61,735 nt of DNA, filler included, from Actinomycetota bacterium (GCA_013152275.1; 7 parts of 7 records of this genome joined end to end with filler, not necessarily neighbours in it), one strand, 5' to 3'; positions 11,957 through 22,647 are shown, numbered from the whole stretch's first letter. The notes: generated by a model not told the origin, from the sequence alone. Made by a program: numbers and translations.

Positions 11957-12212
11957 CCATCATGGGGAGAACCTGGCGAGGGTCACCCGGAATGTTTCCA
12001 TCCGAGCGCATGGCCGAATGCTCGCGGCACGTCGGCAGAGAGCGCCATCGGCGTTCCATCGGTCGGTCTCACCGTGGCGATGACCTGGTCCTGATCGGAT
12101 ACCGTCCAGAAGTTCGTTTTCTCCCGCACGAGATTGCCATTCGTAGCCAGATACTCCACTCCACGGGGCAGCCCGAGTAGGCTCGGAAGGCAACGACGAT
12201 CGAGGAGTGATC

Positions 12213-14654
12213 ATGGGTTCGCGCACTCGAGAGCGTATCGTTCTCATGTTGGTAGTGGCAGTGGTTTGGGCGGTTCTGCCGCTCTCTATCGGGGGATCAG
12301 GCGGTCGGGGATTGGGCACGCTGCCGAGAGCGGGCGCCGTGGCCTATTCCGCGACATACACGGTCGACACGACGGTCGACGACGCGGCGCTCAGCGCGTG
12401 CACGACGGCGGCCGACGACTGCAGTCTGAGGGGCGCGATAGCCGCAGCGAACGCATCGGCGGGGTACGACGCCATTCTGTTCGACATCCCGGCGGTGTCA
12501 TGTCCCGGCGGCGTGTGCACGATCACCCTGGTCGATGGGCCGATCACGGTGGACGATGAGACGATGATCGACGCCACCTCCCAGCCGCAGAACGATGGTA
12601 CGCACGCCAACGTCTGCGCAACCGAGACCGCTCCATCCTTCATGCGGATACAGGTCATCACCGATCCGACGTCCTTGACGCCGGATGCCTTCTATCTCTC
12701 CGCCACGTCGGGAGTCACGACGATTCGTGGGTTCAGCATCGGTACGAACGTGACGACGGGTTTCTACGGTGCGATCCGTATGTCGGACGGATCCGGTCAC
12801 AAGGTCCAGTGCAACCATATCGGCGTCGATGCGGCAGGCACCGGTCCTCTCGGTTTGGGCCAGCTCAGCATGGGTATCAGCGTCGAAGGGCTGGCGAGCG
12901 GAGTCGTCATCGGCACCGACGGGGACGGCGTCGGCGATGTCGGTGAGCGCAACGTCATCGGCAATGTCGCGTACGGCGTCTATGTCAACGCCAACGACGG
13001 CAACCGGATCTCCGGGAACTACGTAGGGATCGGTGCCGACGGGATCACGAACATCGGGGGGAGCACAGGGTTGTATGTCCGTCAGACTTCAACGGACAAC
13101 ATCCTCGGGACCAACGGTGACGGTGTCGCCGACGATCTGGAGCGCAACTACATCGGGAACGTGAGCACCGGAGTTCTCTGCGACCCGTCGTCTCCGGGGA
13201 TCGGGAACATCGTGGCCGGCAACACGGTGGGCGTCACCCCGGGTGGTGCGGCCGCCGCGACCGATGTGGGCATCGCGATGCGGGGACTCGAGGCCACCAA
13301 TACCGGTTTTGTGATCAGCGGCAACACGGTCGGCAACTCGACGATCGGCATTCAGGTGGACGGTGTGGGATCTTCGGCATCGATCTTCGGCAACTACGTC
13401 GGGACCGATGCAAATGGAGCTGCCGTGTATCCGAACGACACCGGCATCAGCTTGGAGACGGACGGCCAGTACACGGTGCACGACAACCTCATCGCCAACA
13501 GCGGCGTCGCCGGGGTGGCGCTCGGCGGTACCACCTCATTCGGGTCTGCATCGGAGAACAACTGTGTCATCGGCAACGTCGTGGGTGCGCAGAACAACAC
13601 GGGTGTCGGCACGATATTCGAACTCAACTGGTGGGGAGTCGACTCCGGTCCATCGGGGCAAGGGCCCGGTTCCGGAGATCCGGTGAGCGTCGATGTCGAC
13701 TATGACCCCTGGCTGCTCTATCCGCCGAATGTGTGTGCACCTTCGGCGCAGAGACTCTGGGGAATCTCCCGGTTCGACACGGCGGTGGAAGTGTCGCGTC
13801 GCAGTTTTCCCGGGGGAGCGACGACGGTGTTCGTCGCCAACGGGCTTGGGTTCGCTGACGCGTTGGCCGGCGGAGTGCCTGCGGGGTTGACGCCTGCGCC
13901 GATGTTGTTGGTGCGGACCGATTCGATTCCGACGGAGACGGCGACCGAGTTGTCGCGGCTGTCCCCTTCGGAGATCGTGATTCTCGGCGGGACCGCGGCG
14001 ATCTCCGACACCGTGGAGACCGCGTTGGCCGCGTATGCGACGACGGTGCGGCGTCTTGCGGGTGCGGATCGGTTTGCGACGGCGGTCGCGATCGCCACGG
14101 ATGCGTTTCCGTCGGGAGCGTCGACGGTGGTGTTGGCCGACGGGCTGAATTACCCGGACGCGTTGGCAGGGGTACCTGCCGCGGCCAAGTTGGGTGCTCC
14201 GTTGTTGTTGACGCGGACGTCACTGCTACCGACGGTCACGGCGGATGCGATCGTTGCGTTGGGTGCGTCTCGCGTGGTGATCCTGGGTGGTACGAGTGCG
14301 GTCTCCACCGATGTGGAGACTGCGGTGGGTGCGTTGTCCGGAGTGACGACGGTTGAGCGCTGGTCGGGTGCGTCTCGGTTCGCGACGGCGGCGGCGATCT
14401 CCGGTGCCGTGTGGCCGTCGGGTGCGGAGATGGTGTATGTGGCCTACGGGTTGAACTTCCCTGATGCGTTGGCGGGCGGGCCGGTGGCGTTCACCGATGA
14501 TGGACCCCTGTTGTTGGTGTTGACCGATTCGGTTCCGACCGAGACCGAAGCCGAGATCACCCGGCTGGCACCGGACCGGATTGTGATTCTTGGTGGGACG
14601 AATGCGGTTTCGGATGCGGTGAAGACACAGCTCGAGGCACTGGTCGGCCCGTGA
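12213..14654 (+). CDS. Secreted CSLREA-like / parallel beta-helix protein with three C-terminal CWB2 units
   Basis: DCSLRGAI motif; repeated (I/V)xGN(Y/T)(V/I)G beta-helix units; three C-terminal CWB2 repeats. Confidence 0.88.
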   Translation: MGSRTRERIVLMLVVAVVWAVLPLSIGGSGGRGLGTLPRAGAVAYSATYTVDTTVDDAALSACTTAADDCSLRGAIAAANASAGYDAILFDIPAVSCPGGVCTITLVDGPITVDDETMIDATSQPQNDGTHANVCATETAPSFMRIQVITDPTSLTPDAFYLSATSGVTTIRGFSIGTNVTTGFYGAIRMSDGSGHKVQCNHIGVDAAGTGPLGLGQLSMGISVEGLASGVVIGTDGDGVGDVGERNVIGNVAYGVYVNANDGNRISGNYVGIGADGITNIGGSTGLYVRQTSTDNILGTNGDGVADDLERNYIGNVSTGVLCDPSSPGIGNIVAGNTVGVTPGGAAAATDVGIAMRGLEATNTGFVISGNTVGNSTIGIQVDGVGSSASIFGNYVGTDANGAAVYPNDTGISLETDGQYTVHDNLIANSGVAGVALGGTTSFGSASENNCVIGNVVGAQNNTGVGTIFELNWWGVDSGPSGQGPGSGDPVSVDVDYDPWLLYPPNVCAPSAQRLWGISRFDTAVEVSRRSFPGGATTVFVANGLGFADALAGGVPAGLTPAPMLLVRTDSIPTETATELSRLSPSEIVILGGTAAISDTVETALAAYATTVRRLAGADRFATAVAIATDAFPSGASTVVLADGLNYPDALAGVPAAAKLGAPLLLTRTSLLPTVTADAIVALGASRVVILGGTSAVSTDVETAVGALSGVTTVERWSGASRFATAAAISGAVWPSGAEMVYVAYGLNFPDALAGGPVAFTDDGPLLLVLTDSVPTETEAEITRLAPDRIVILGGTNAVSDAVKTQLEALVGP

Positions 14655-14786
14655 TCCTGTGAAGTGAGTGAGCGTGTGGCCGCCCTTCGGGGCGGCCACG
14701 GTTCGTTTGGGCCGTCCGGGGTCGGGAGGTTTCCGAGGTCGGGAGCGCTTTGTGGAGGTCTCCGGGTCGGGGGCGCGTTGGGTGGG

Positions 14787-15572
14787 TCAGGTGATCGGGA
14801 GGTGGCGGAGTCGCACGACGAGGTTGGCGGCGAGAAGTGCGCCGGCGCTGACGGTGAACGTGGCGACGGCTTGGAGGGGGTTGTGGGTGACGTAGCCGAT
14901 GGCGTGGGCGGCTTCGGCGGCGAAGAGGGTGACGCCGCCGGTGGAGAGGGTGATTCCGGCGAGTTCGAACACTCGCCGGTTGCGATGTTTGGTGAGGCTG
15001 GTGAGGGTGAAGATGAGGAAACCGAGAGCGGCGAGACCGAGAGCGACGCGGATGACGGTGTCGAACAGTTCCGGGGCAGGCGGTCGCAGGTCGATTGCTG
15101 CGACGGTGGTTCCGGCGGTGAGGATTGCGGTCCCGTAACGGATGGTCGACACGGCGAGGGTCCGGGGGCTGTGGATGAGTGTGGCGGCCACGATGAAGAG
15201 TCCGACACCGTTGGCGGTATTCGCCCAGTTGTAGGCCGTGCTCGCATCGTTGGAGAGGGACAGGATGATGGCACCGATTCCCATGATCGCGAACGCTGCA
15301 CCGGTGGGGATGGTGGTGAGGTTGTCAGCGGTGATTCGGTACCGCAGGTCGCTGGGGATGCTGCGCAGGGCTCGGGACACGATGGCGCCGGCGTGGTCGG
15401 GGTCCTCGGCTTGGGCATCGAGGTCGGCGGAGCGTTCGGCGAGAAGCCGCTGTCGTTCCTCTGCAGGAAGTCCCCAGGAGATGATGGCGAACAGACGTTT
15501 GGCGATGCGCACCGATATCGATGCCTTTTCGCTCAGGCCGGTGTTTGTCCCTGCTCCCACCTGGTGAGCCAT
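14787..15572 (-). CDS. Multi-pass membrane protein paired with PadR
   Basis: About six hydrophobic segments after a soluble N-terminus; overlaps padR 3' end; start uncertain. Confidence 0.7.
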   Translation of the reverse strand: MAHQVGAGTNTGLSEKASISVRIAKRLFAIISWGLPAEERQRLLAERSADLDAQAEDPDHAGAIVSRALRSIPSDLRYRITADNLTTIPTGAAFAIMGIGAIILSLSNDASTAYNWANTANGVGLFIVAATLIHSPRTLAVSTIRYGTAILTAGTTVAAIDLRPPAPELFDTVIRVALGLAALGFLIFTLTSLTKHRNRRVFELAGITLSTGGVTLFAAEAAHAIGYVTHNPLQAVATFTVSAGALLAANLVVRLRHLPIT

Positions 15573-15916
15573 TCCGGTCGCTTCTTCGCCTGTCGGGCCC
15601 GTGCCACTTCCGCGGTGGCGGCGGCCATACCGTGACTGGTGATCCGATAGTAGCGTCGAGGACGGCCTTCGCGCCCCTGATCCCGGGCAGTATCTGGATC
15701 CTCCCAGTGACTCTCGAGGGCGCCACGGTCTTCGAGGCGACGCAATGCCCGATACAGGGCACCGTGGCTCAACAACGATTCGCCTTCGATCGCGGCGGCG
15801 TAGCGGCCGATCTGGTAGCCGTGGAACTCTTCGACGTCGCTTGTGCGCAGCCGCGCGGCAGCGAGGAGCAGTTTCACCTCGTTGAGAACGAGTTCCGTGT
15901 CGTTACGTCGGCGCAT
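15533..15916 (-). CDS. PadR family transcriptional regulator
   Basis: HGYQI, GALYRALRRLEDRG, SHWE, RPRRYYRITSHG. Confidence 0.9.
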   Translation of the reverse strand: MRRRNDTELVLNEVKLLLAAARLRTSDVEEFHGYQIGRYAAAIEGESLLSHGALYRALRRLEDRGALESHWEDPDTARDQGREGRPRRYYRITSHGMAAATAEVARARQAKKRPEWLTRWEQGQTPA

Positions 15917-15999
15917 GGTGCAGTCTACCGCACCGATCGCGGGAACAGCACGTAGGTGCATATACTACGGATTTCCTTGCTCGCCGGCACAACCCCCCC

Positions 16000-16124
16000 T
16001 TGAACCCAGGGCTCGTAGGGGTCGTGGCGACCCCCCTGAGCCCTGGGTTCAACGGACCACCCCACCTCAACTGAACCCTGGGCTCGTAGGGGTCGTGGTG
16101 ACCCCCCTGAGCCCTGGGTTCAAC
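16000..16124. repeat. Two tandem ~53-bp palindromic units
   Basis: TTGAACCCAGGGCTC...GAGCCCTGGGTTCAA at 16000-16052; near-identical copy at 16072-16124. Confidence 0.9.
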
Positions 16125-16179
16125 GTGGGGGGTGGGGGTGGAAAAGCCGTCCCTACCAGGCGGAGGTACACTCGCCGGC

Positions 16180-16725
16180 GTGAAGATCTACACGAAGAAA
16201 GGCGATGACGGCACCACCGGACTGTTCTACGGCGGCCGCGTCCCCAAGGACGATCTCGCCCCGGAGGCGTACGGAACCGTCGACGAGGCGGTGGCGGCGC
16301 TCGGTGTCGCGAGGACCCATGCCGAGGGTCTCGTGGGTGAACGAATCCTCGCCATCCAGCGTGACCTGTTCGTGATCGCCGCCGAGCTCGCGACGGCGCC
16401 CGACAACCGGCACAAGCTCCGGCCGGGGACCAGTGCGACCACTTCCGAGATGACCGAACGTCTCGAGTCCTGGATCGACGAACTCGTCGACGAGATCGGC
16501 CTGCCCACCGAGTTCGTCGTGCCGGGACAGGCGCCGCTACCCGCCTCGATCGAGCACGCCCGCACGATCGTGCGTCGCGCAGAACGCCGCTGTGTCACCT
16601 ATGCACGCCAGGGCGGCCTCGAAGAGGCGCTGCGGTATCTCAACCGCCTCGCCGACTATCTCTACGTGCTCGCCCGGGCCACCGAGTCCGAGTGGGTACC
16701 CAGCAAACAAGGAGACGAGAAGTGA
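16180..16725 (+). CDS. pduO: ATP:cob(I)alamin adenosyltransferase, PduO type
   Basis: KIYTKKGDDGTTGL, AYGTVDE, ARTIVRRAERR, YLNRLADYLY. Confidence 0.92.
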   Translation: MKIYTKKGDDGTTGLFYGGRVPKDDLAPEAYGTVDEAVAALGVARTHAEGLVGERILAIQRDLFVIAAELATAPDNRHKLRPGTSATTSEMTERLESWIDELVDEIGLPTEFVVPGQAPLPASIEHARTIVRRAERRCVTYARQGGLEEALRYLNRLADYLYVLARATESEWVPSKQGDEK

Positions 16726-18176
16726 ACATCACCGCAGGAGGCTCCCTCGAATCCGAATCGGGGGAGGCGCTGGCCGTACCCGTGTTCGAAGACCGTATCT
16801 GGGGTCCCGGTGCCGACTGGGCAGCAGAACAACTCGGCGGACGACTGGACGAGTACCTCGACGAACAGGACTTCTCCGGCAAGGCCGGCGAGATCGTCGC
16901 CGTACCCACCGGCGGACGACTCGAGTTCCACACCTTGTTTCTCGTCGGTCTCGGATCGGACGTCGACCTCGAGGCGCTCCGAAAAGCGGCCGGCTGGCTG
17001 GGTCGCAAGGCCGCCAAGACGGTGGACGTCGCCACCACCTTGCACCAGGTCGATCTCGACGGTGCGGCCGGTGCGGTCGTGGAAGGGTTCCTTCTCGGCC
17101 AGTACCGGTTCGACACGTACAAGTCGGAGCCGAAACCTGCCAAGACCGAGACGCTGAGATTCGTGGGCGATGGCGCCGAGGATGCGGCCGATGCGGGTGG
17201 CCCTGCACAGGTGGTCGCCGACGCGGTGTGCCTCACCAGGGATCTGATCAACGAGCCCGCCAACGCGAAGGCCCCCGCAGTCCTTGCCGACCGGGCGCGA
17301 GAGATCGGTCGAACCGTCGGGGTCGCCGTCAAGGTCCTCGGACCCGACGAGATCGAGGCCGAACGTCTCGGAGGCCTTGCCGGCGTGTCGCTCGGCGCCC
17401 ACAACCCCGCCCGCCTGGTCGAGTTCAGCTACGAGCCCGCCGACCCGAAGGCGTTCGTGGCGCTGGTCGGCAAAGGGGTCGTGTTCGACTCCGGCGGCCT
17501 CTCGTTGAAAACCGGTGAGGGTATGCAGACGATGAAGACGGACATGTCGGGCGCCGCTGCCGTGTTCGGCGCGATTCAGGCGATCGCCATGCTCCGCATC
17601 CCGGTCAAGGTGATCGGCATCACGCCGCTGACGGAGAACATGCCCGGTGGCGGGGCGATGCGTCCCGGCGACGTGATCCGCCCTCGCAACGGAAAGACCG
17701 TCGAGGTGCTCAACACCGACGCCGAGGGCCGTCTCGTCCTCGCCGACGGCCTGTCGCTTGCCGGCGAAGCCGAACCGGACCTGATCGTCGATGTGGCCAC
17801 CCTGACGGGCGCCTGCAAGGTTGCGCTCGGCGAGAAGATCGGTGGCCTGTGGGCCAACGACGACGAGGCCGCCGAGCAGGTGCTCGCCGCAGCGGCACGA
17901 GCAGGGGAGAGGTTCTGGAAGATGCCGCTCCCCGACGACTACCGCAAGAACATCGACTCGGACGTCGCCGACATGAAGAACATCGGAGCTCGCTGGGGTG
18001 GTGCGATCAACGCGGCGCTGTTCCTCAAAGAGTTCGTCGCCGACGGCGTGCCGTGGGTGCACCTCGACATCGCCGGTCCGGGCCGCTGGCCGAACGACGA
18101 GCACTACCAGTCCAAGGGCGGCTCCGGCTTCGGGATGCGCACGCTGGTCGCCCTCGTCGAAGACTTGGCATCCTGA
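16722..18176 (+). CDS. pepA: Leucyl aminopeptidase (M17)
   Basis: VGKGVVFDSGG, MKTDMSGAA, NTDAEGRLVLAD, WVHLDIAG; GTGA overlap with upstream stop. Confidence 0.96.
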   Translation: MNITAGGSLESESGEALAVPVFEDRIWGPGADWAAEQLGGRLDEYLDEQDFSGKAGEIVAVPTGGRLEFHTLFLVGLGSDVDLEALRKAAGWLGRKAAKTVDVATTLHQVDLDGAAGAVVEGFLLGQYRFDTYKSEPKPAKTETLRFVGDGAEDAADAGGPAQVVADAVCLTRDLINEPANAKAPAVLADRAREIGRTVGVAVKVLGPDEIEAERLGGLAGVSLGAHNPARLVEFSYEPADPKAFVALVGKGVVFDSGGLSLKTGEGMQTMKTDMSGAAAVFGAIQAIAMLRIPVKVIGITPLTENMPGGGAMRPGDVIRPRNGKTVEVLNTDAEGRLVLADGLSLAGEAEPDLIVDVATLTGACKVALGEKIGGLWANDDEAAEQVLAAAARAGERFWKMPLPDDYRKNIDSDVADMKNIGARWGGAINAALFLKEFVADGVPWVHLDIAGPGRWPNDEHYQSKGGSGFGMRTLVALVEDLAS

Positions 18177-18181
18177 ACCTG

Positions 18182-18209
18182 TCAAGGGAATGGCACCGAT
18201 AGTCGATAC
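18182..18209 (+). promoter_or_regulatory. Candidate sigma28 (FliA/WhiG)-type promoter
   Basis: TCAAG-N15-GTCGATAC, 20 bp upstream of the SpoIID gene start. Confidence 0.4.
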
Positions 18210-18229
18210 CTGAAGGTGAGAATGGTGCG

Positions 18230-20470
18230 ATGAACGATCGACTGGCTCGCGTGGCGACGCTGCTGCTGGCCGCCCTGATAGTGGCGGTTCCGGTGCCGGT
18301 CGCCGGCGCGGTCCCCGCCACCGGCGAGGTCGAGTTCGTCGGCGGCGGCTTCGGCCACGGGATCGGACTCAGTCAATATGGCGCCCAGGGCATGGCACTC
18401 GACGGGTACACCGGTGCGCAGATCGCCACCCACTACTTCTCGGGCACGTCGATCGAGCAGGTCGCCGACGTGCTGCCGGCCGACAACTTCCTGCTGACCT
18501 ACGCTCAACCACTGTGGGTCGGCCTGCTCCAGAACAAGCTCACATTCCAGTTCAAGGCGATCGGCGGTGACCTGGAGCTCTGCCAGGCAGGCGACGGTGA
18601 AGGGGCATGCCCGAAATCGGTGACGCCCAAAGACGGCGAGCTGTGGTCGTTCACGTTCGACGGCAGCCAATGCCAGTTCGAGCACAACGGATCCCCGCAG
18701 GGCAACCCCGGGGACTGCTCGGCGAGCATCTCGTGGGCCGAAGGAACCAGGGTGGAGATCCCGGACCTCGGACTCAGCTTCGCTCATGGCTCGTTGAAGA
18801 TCCGTCCCGTCGGTTCGCTCCCGACGTTGAGGTTTCACGTGTCGCTGGCGGTCGGCATCGAGGATTACATCGCAGGCATCGACGAGATGCCGCCGTCATG
18901 GGCTCCCGCCGCACTCGAAGCCCAGGCGATAGCGGCGCGTAGTTACGCGATCGCCAAAGCACAACAGCGTGAGACCGGCGATCGGGTCGGCACCCTCGCG
19001 GATCCAGGTCTGAGCAGTTACTGGAAGGACAAGTGCTGGTGCCATGTGCGACGCACCGCCACCGACCAGGTCTACAACGGGTGGGATCAGGAGCAGGAAC
19101 CGACATGGGTCGCAGCCGCCACGACGACGGCGGGACAGGTGCTGACCCATCCGAACTCGAGCTTCACCCAGAATGGTGTCATCGAAGCTTTCTACACGTC
19201 GTCGTCGGTGGGTGTCACCGAAACGAACGTGGGAGGTTTCGGATCCTCCGTTCAATACCCGTATCTCACGTCCGTCGACGACTACTGGGCGTCCGACCCG
19301 GGGTTCAATCCGAAGGCGGTCTGGTCGAAGACTGCCACGACGGCGACGATCCTGTCGAAGTTGACTGCGACGACGAGGGCCTGGCATGCGGACTTCGACA
19401 CCCTCACCGGTGCGGCTCTGGTGAACGGACCACCTGAGGCGACGGTGCGATTCACGGGTTTGACCGGAGGCGTGGAGAGCTCGGTCGACGTGCCCGGATG
19501 GTGGCTGCGCTCCAGCTTCGGCCTTACCTCTCCCCAGGTGCACACCCTCTGGTTCTCCGGGGTGCATCGGCTGTGGGGTGCCGACCGATACGCGACTGCG
19601 GCGGATGTTTCCGCCGACACGTTCCCCTCCGGCGTCCCCGTCGCGTTCATCGCGGATGGAGAGTCGTTCCCGGATGCCCTGTCGGCCGGCGCCGCTGCAG
19701 CGGCTCTCGGAGGGCCCGTTCTCCTCACTCGTAAGGCCGTGCTGCCATGGGCGACCACCGTCGAGCTTTCGCGTCTCAAGCCTGCATCGATCGTGATCGT
19801 CGGTGGAGAAGGCGCCGTCTCCGCCGACGTCCAGGCGCAGCTAGGCGCCTACACCACCGGGACCGTCGATCGGTGGTCGGGGCTGTCTCGCTATGACACG
19901 TCCGCCGTCATCTCCCAGAACGCGTTTCCCGCCGGTGCGTCGGTCGTCTATGTCACCAGCGGTGTCGCCTTCGCGGATGCGCTCGCCGGGGTTCCGGCGG
20001 CCGCGGCCGACGGAGCGCCGCTGCTGCTCATCCGCCCGGACTCGATCCCGCCAGCCATCGCCACCGAGCTTGAACGTCTTGCACCCTCCTCGATCGTCGT
20101 GCTCGGTGGAACGGCGGCCGTCTCGGCCGATGTCGAGGCACAACTCGGCGCCTATGTGGGGACCGGGGCGGTCGGTCGGATCGGCGGTACCGACCGGTAC
20201 GACACCGCGGTGAAGATCTCACAGAGTCGGTTCGGTCCGGGAACGCCGGTCGTCTACGTCGCGATCGGGACCAACTATCCCGACGGTCTCGGAGGGGGGG
20301 CGGCCGGTGGGTTCGCCGGAGCGCCCCTGCTGCTCGTCAAGGGCAGTTCGATTCCGGAGGTCACACGGGCCGAACTGTTGCGACTGGGTCCCGGGGAGAT
20401 CCGGGTGCTGGGTGGCCCCGGTGTGATTCCGGCGGACCTGGAAACCGCTCTCCAGCAACTCCTTCCATGA
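18230..20470 (+). CDS. SpoIID/LytB-domain protein with three CWB2 units
   Basis: GFGHGIGLSQYGA, EDYIAGIDEMPPSW, LEAQAIAARSYA, DQVY; C-terminal CWB2 repeats. Confidence 0.92.
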   Translation: MNDRLARVATLLLAALIVAVPVPVAGAVPATGEVEFVGGGFGHGIGLSQYGAQGMALDGYTGAQIATHYFSGTSIEQVADVLPADNFLLTYAQPLWVGLLQNKLTFQFKAIGGDLELCQAGDGEGACPKSVTPKDGELWSFTFDGSQCQFEHNGSPQGNPGDCSASISWAEGTRVEIPDLGLSFAHGSLKIRPVGSLPTLRFHVSLAVGIEDYIAGIDEMPPSWAPAALEAQAIAARSYAIAKAQQRETGDRVGTLADPGLSSYWKDKCWCHVRRTATDQVYNGWDQEQEPTWVAAATTTAGQVLTHPNSSFTQNGVIEAFYTSSSVGVTETNVGGFGSSVQYPYLTSVDDYWASDPGFNPKAVWSKTATTATILSKLTATTRAWHADFDTLTGAALVNGPPEATVRFTGLTGGVESSVDVPGWWLRSSFGLTSPQVHTLWFSGVHRLWGADRYATAADVSADTFPSGVPVAFIADGESFPDALSAGAAAAALGGPVLLTRKAVLPWATTVELSRLKPASIVIVGGEGAVSADVQAQLGAYTTGTVDRWSGLSRYDTSAVISQNAFPAGASVVYVTSGVAFADALAGVPAAAADGAPLLLIRPDSIPPAIATELERLAPSSIVVLGGTAAVSADVEAQLGAYVGTGAVGRIGGTDRYDTAVKISQSRFGPGTPVVYVAIGTNYPDGLGGGAAGGFAGAPLLLVKGSSIPEVTRAELLRLGPGEIRVLGGPGVIPADLETALQQLLP

Positions 20471-22647
20471 AGCGGATCATCGTCACGATCGCCGTGCTGG
20501 GCATGCTGCTGTCTGCCGTGCCCGTCGGGAACCCGGCGGTCGCTTCGACAGACACATCGGGCGACGGTTTCGTGGTCGAGGTCGACGCGCAATCCGTAGG
20601 TGGGCTTCCGGCGGGTTCGAGACACATCGTCGGCGATTGGTATGTGGTCCCCGGCGATGTGCGCAGCATGGGCACGGTGGTCACGCTGCCCGGCGTCCGC
20701 AGAATCGACACGAATCCGAGGGCACAGCTTCCCCCATCGGAACAGCCCGTGGAAGCGGTCGCTCTCGCCTCACTCGCGATACCGTATGCGAGCGACCCCA
20801 CGGATCCTTCATACGGTCTGCAATGGCACTTTCCTCTCGTCGACGCGCCGGCGGCGTGGTCCTTGTCGACGGGGGCCGGTGTGACGGTCGCCGTCATCGA
20901 TACCGGCGTGTCGAAAGGACCGGACCTCGCCTGTCATGACTTCGTCGACGAGTACGACGCGCTCACCGGAACGAGCGGTCCTGGTGTGGCAGCCGACTGG
21001 TCGGGGCACGGCACGCATGTCGCCGGCACGATCGCACAGTGCACGAACAACGGGATAGGGGTGGCCGGGCTCGCCTACGACGCACGGCTCATGCCGATCA
21101 AGGCCATGGATTCGGGAGGTGGCCCGGCAGCGGTCGTGGCGGATGCGATCGTGTGGGCCACCGACCATGGTGCGGACGTCATCAACATGTCGCTCGGCTG
21201 GCCTTGCACGGGTACGTGGGCCGAGCAGCCGGACTGTGTGCAGGCGGTCGTGTCCTCGGCCATCGAGTATGCCGCCGATCATGACGTGTTGCTCGTCGCC
21301 GCGTCGGGGAATGACGGCTATTGCGCGCCAACGGCCGGCTGGGTCTCCTTCCCCGCGAATCATCCGGACGTCCTCGGTATCGGGGCGGTGGATGCCGCCG
21401 GCGCCGTCACCGGCTACAGCGACTGTGGCGTCGATCTGAGTATGACCGCGCCCGGAGGCGACACGAATGCCGACCTCAACGCGGACGGCAATCCCGACGG
21501 TGTGTTGCAGGAGAGCTTCAACGTCGACGGTTTCGGCCTGTTCTGGATGGAAGGGACGTCGAGCGCGTCACCGCACGTCGCCGGAGCGGCGGCGATGCTC
21601 CGCGCAGCGAATCCTCGGGTCCCCGCGGTCGGCGTCAGGGCGGCACTCGAATCCACGGCGACCGACGCGGGAGATCCCGGGACCGATCCGGTCTACGGTG
21701 CCGGAGTTCTCGACATTGCAGCCGCGCTTGCCTCCCCGCACCTCGAGGTGGAGCGGCATGCAGGTCCCGACCGCTTCAAAACGGCGGCCGCGATCTCCCG
21801 AGGGGCGTTCGATGCCGCCGGGACCGTCTATGTGGCGGCAGGTGAAGGGTTCGCGGACGGGCTGGCCGTCGGTCCGGTGGCCGGGATCGATCACGCGCCG
21901 GTCCTCCTGGTCGAGCAGGCCGGTGTCCCCCAGGCGACGTTGGACGAGCTGACCCGGCTGGCGCCGGCCGACATCGTGATCATCGGGGGAACCACGGCCG
22001 TATCGAGCGACGTGGAGACACAACTCGGCGCGTACGGGACGGTCCGAAGATTGGGAGGGACGGATCGGTACGACACGGCACACCTCATCGCTCACGACGC
22101 GTTCCCGACCGGCGCTTCCACCGTCATCGTCACCACGGGCCTGAACTACCCGGACGGCCTGGCCGCCGGTCCGCTCGGCGCATCGCTCGGCGCTCCGGTG
22201 CTGCTCACCCGGCCCGACAGTCTCGTGCAGGCGACGATCGACGCGCTCGCCGACCTGAAACCCGGCTCGATCCTCGTCGTCGGCGGCGAAAGCGCAGTCT
22301 CGGCGGATGTCGTCACTCAGCTGGAGGCGCTCACATCCGCGTCGGTCACGCGGCTCGCAGGAGCGGATCGCTACGAGACGGCGGCGACGATAGCGCAGGC
22401 GGCGTACCCGTCGGGGGCAGGCGTCGTCTATGTCGCCACCGGGTTGGACTTCCCGGATGCCCTCACCGCAGGGCCGGCATCCGCGTTCGGCGGAGGGCCG
22501 CTGCTGCTCACACATCCCACCTCGATTCCGGCGGCGACGGCGGCCGAACTGCAACGGATCGGACCTTCGCGCATCGTCGTCGTCGGCGGGCGAGGAGCGG
22601 TCTCCGATACCGTCCTGCTGGGCCTCGCCGCGTACATCGTTCCGTGA
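20467..22647 (+). CDS. S8 subtilase with three CWB2 units
   Basis: VAVIDTGV, HGTHVAGTI, AASGN, GTSSASPHVAG; C-terminal CWB2 repeats. Confidence 0.94.
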   Translation: MKRIIVTIAVLGMLLSAVPVGNPAVASTDTSGDGFVVEVDAQSVGGLPAGSRHIVGDWYVVPGDVRSMGTVVTLPGVRRIDTNPRAQLPPSEQPVEAVALASLAIPYASDPTDPSYGLQWHFPLVDAPAAWSLSTGAGVTVAVIDTGVSKGPDLACHDFVDEYDALTGTSGPGVAADWSGHGTHVAGTIAQCTNNGIGVAGLAYDARLMPIKAMDSGGGPAAVVADAIVWATDHGADVINMSLGWPCTGTWAEQPDCVQAVVSSAIEYAADHDVLLVAASGNDGYCAPTAGWVSFPANHPDVLGIGAVDAAGAVTGYSDCGVDLSMTAPGGDTNADLNADGNPDGVLQESFNVDGFGLFWMEGTSSASPHVAGAAAMLRAANPRVPAVGVRAALESTATDAGDPGTDPVYGAGVLDIAAALASPHLEVERHAGPDRFKTAAAISRGAFDAAGTVYVAAGEGFADGLAVGPVAGIDHAPVLLVEQAGVPQATLDELTRLAPADIVIIGGTTAVSSDVETQLGAYGTVRRLGGTDRYDTAHLIAHDAFPTGASTVIVTTGLNYPDGLAAGPLGASLGAPVLLTRPDSLVQATIDALADLKPGSILVVGGESAVSADVVTQLEALTSASVTRLAGADRYETAATIAQAAYPSGAGVVYVATGLDFPDALTAGPASAFGGGPLLLTHPTSIPAATAAELQRIGPSRIVVVGGRGAVSDTVLLGLAAYIVP

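Noticed and set aside
14664..15635. 323-aa Gly/Glu/Asp-rich plus-strand ORF
   Set aside because: Antisense shadow of the PadR-linked membrane gene.
16000..16124. Possible mini-CRISPR array
   Set aside because: Only two units of ~53 bp, one ~19-bp spacer, and no cas genes.
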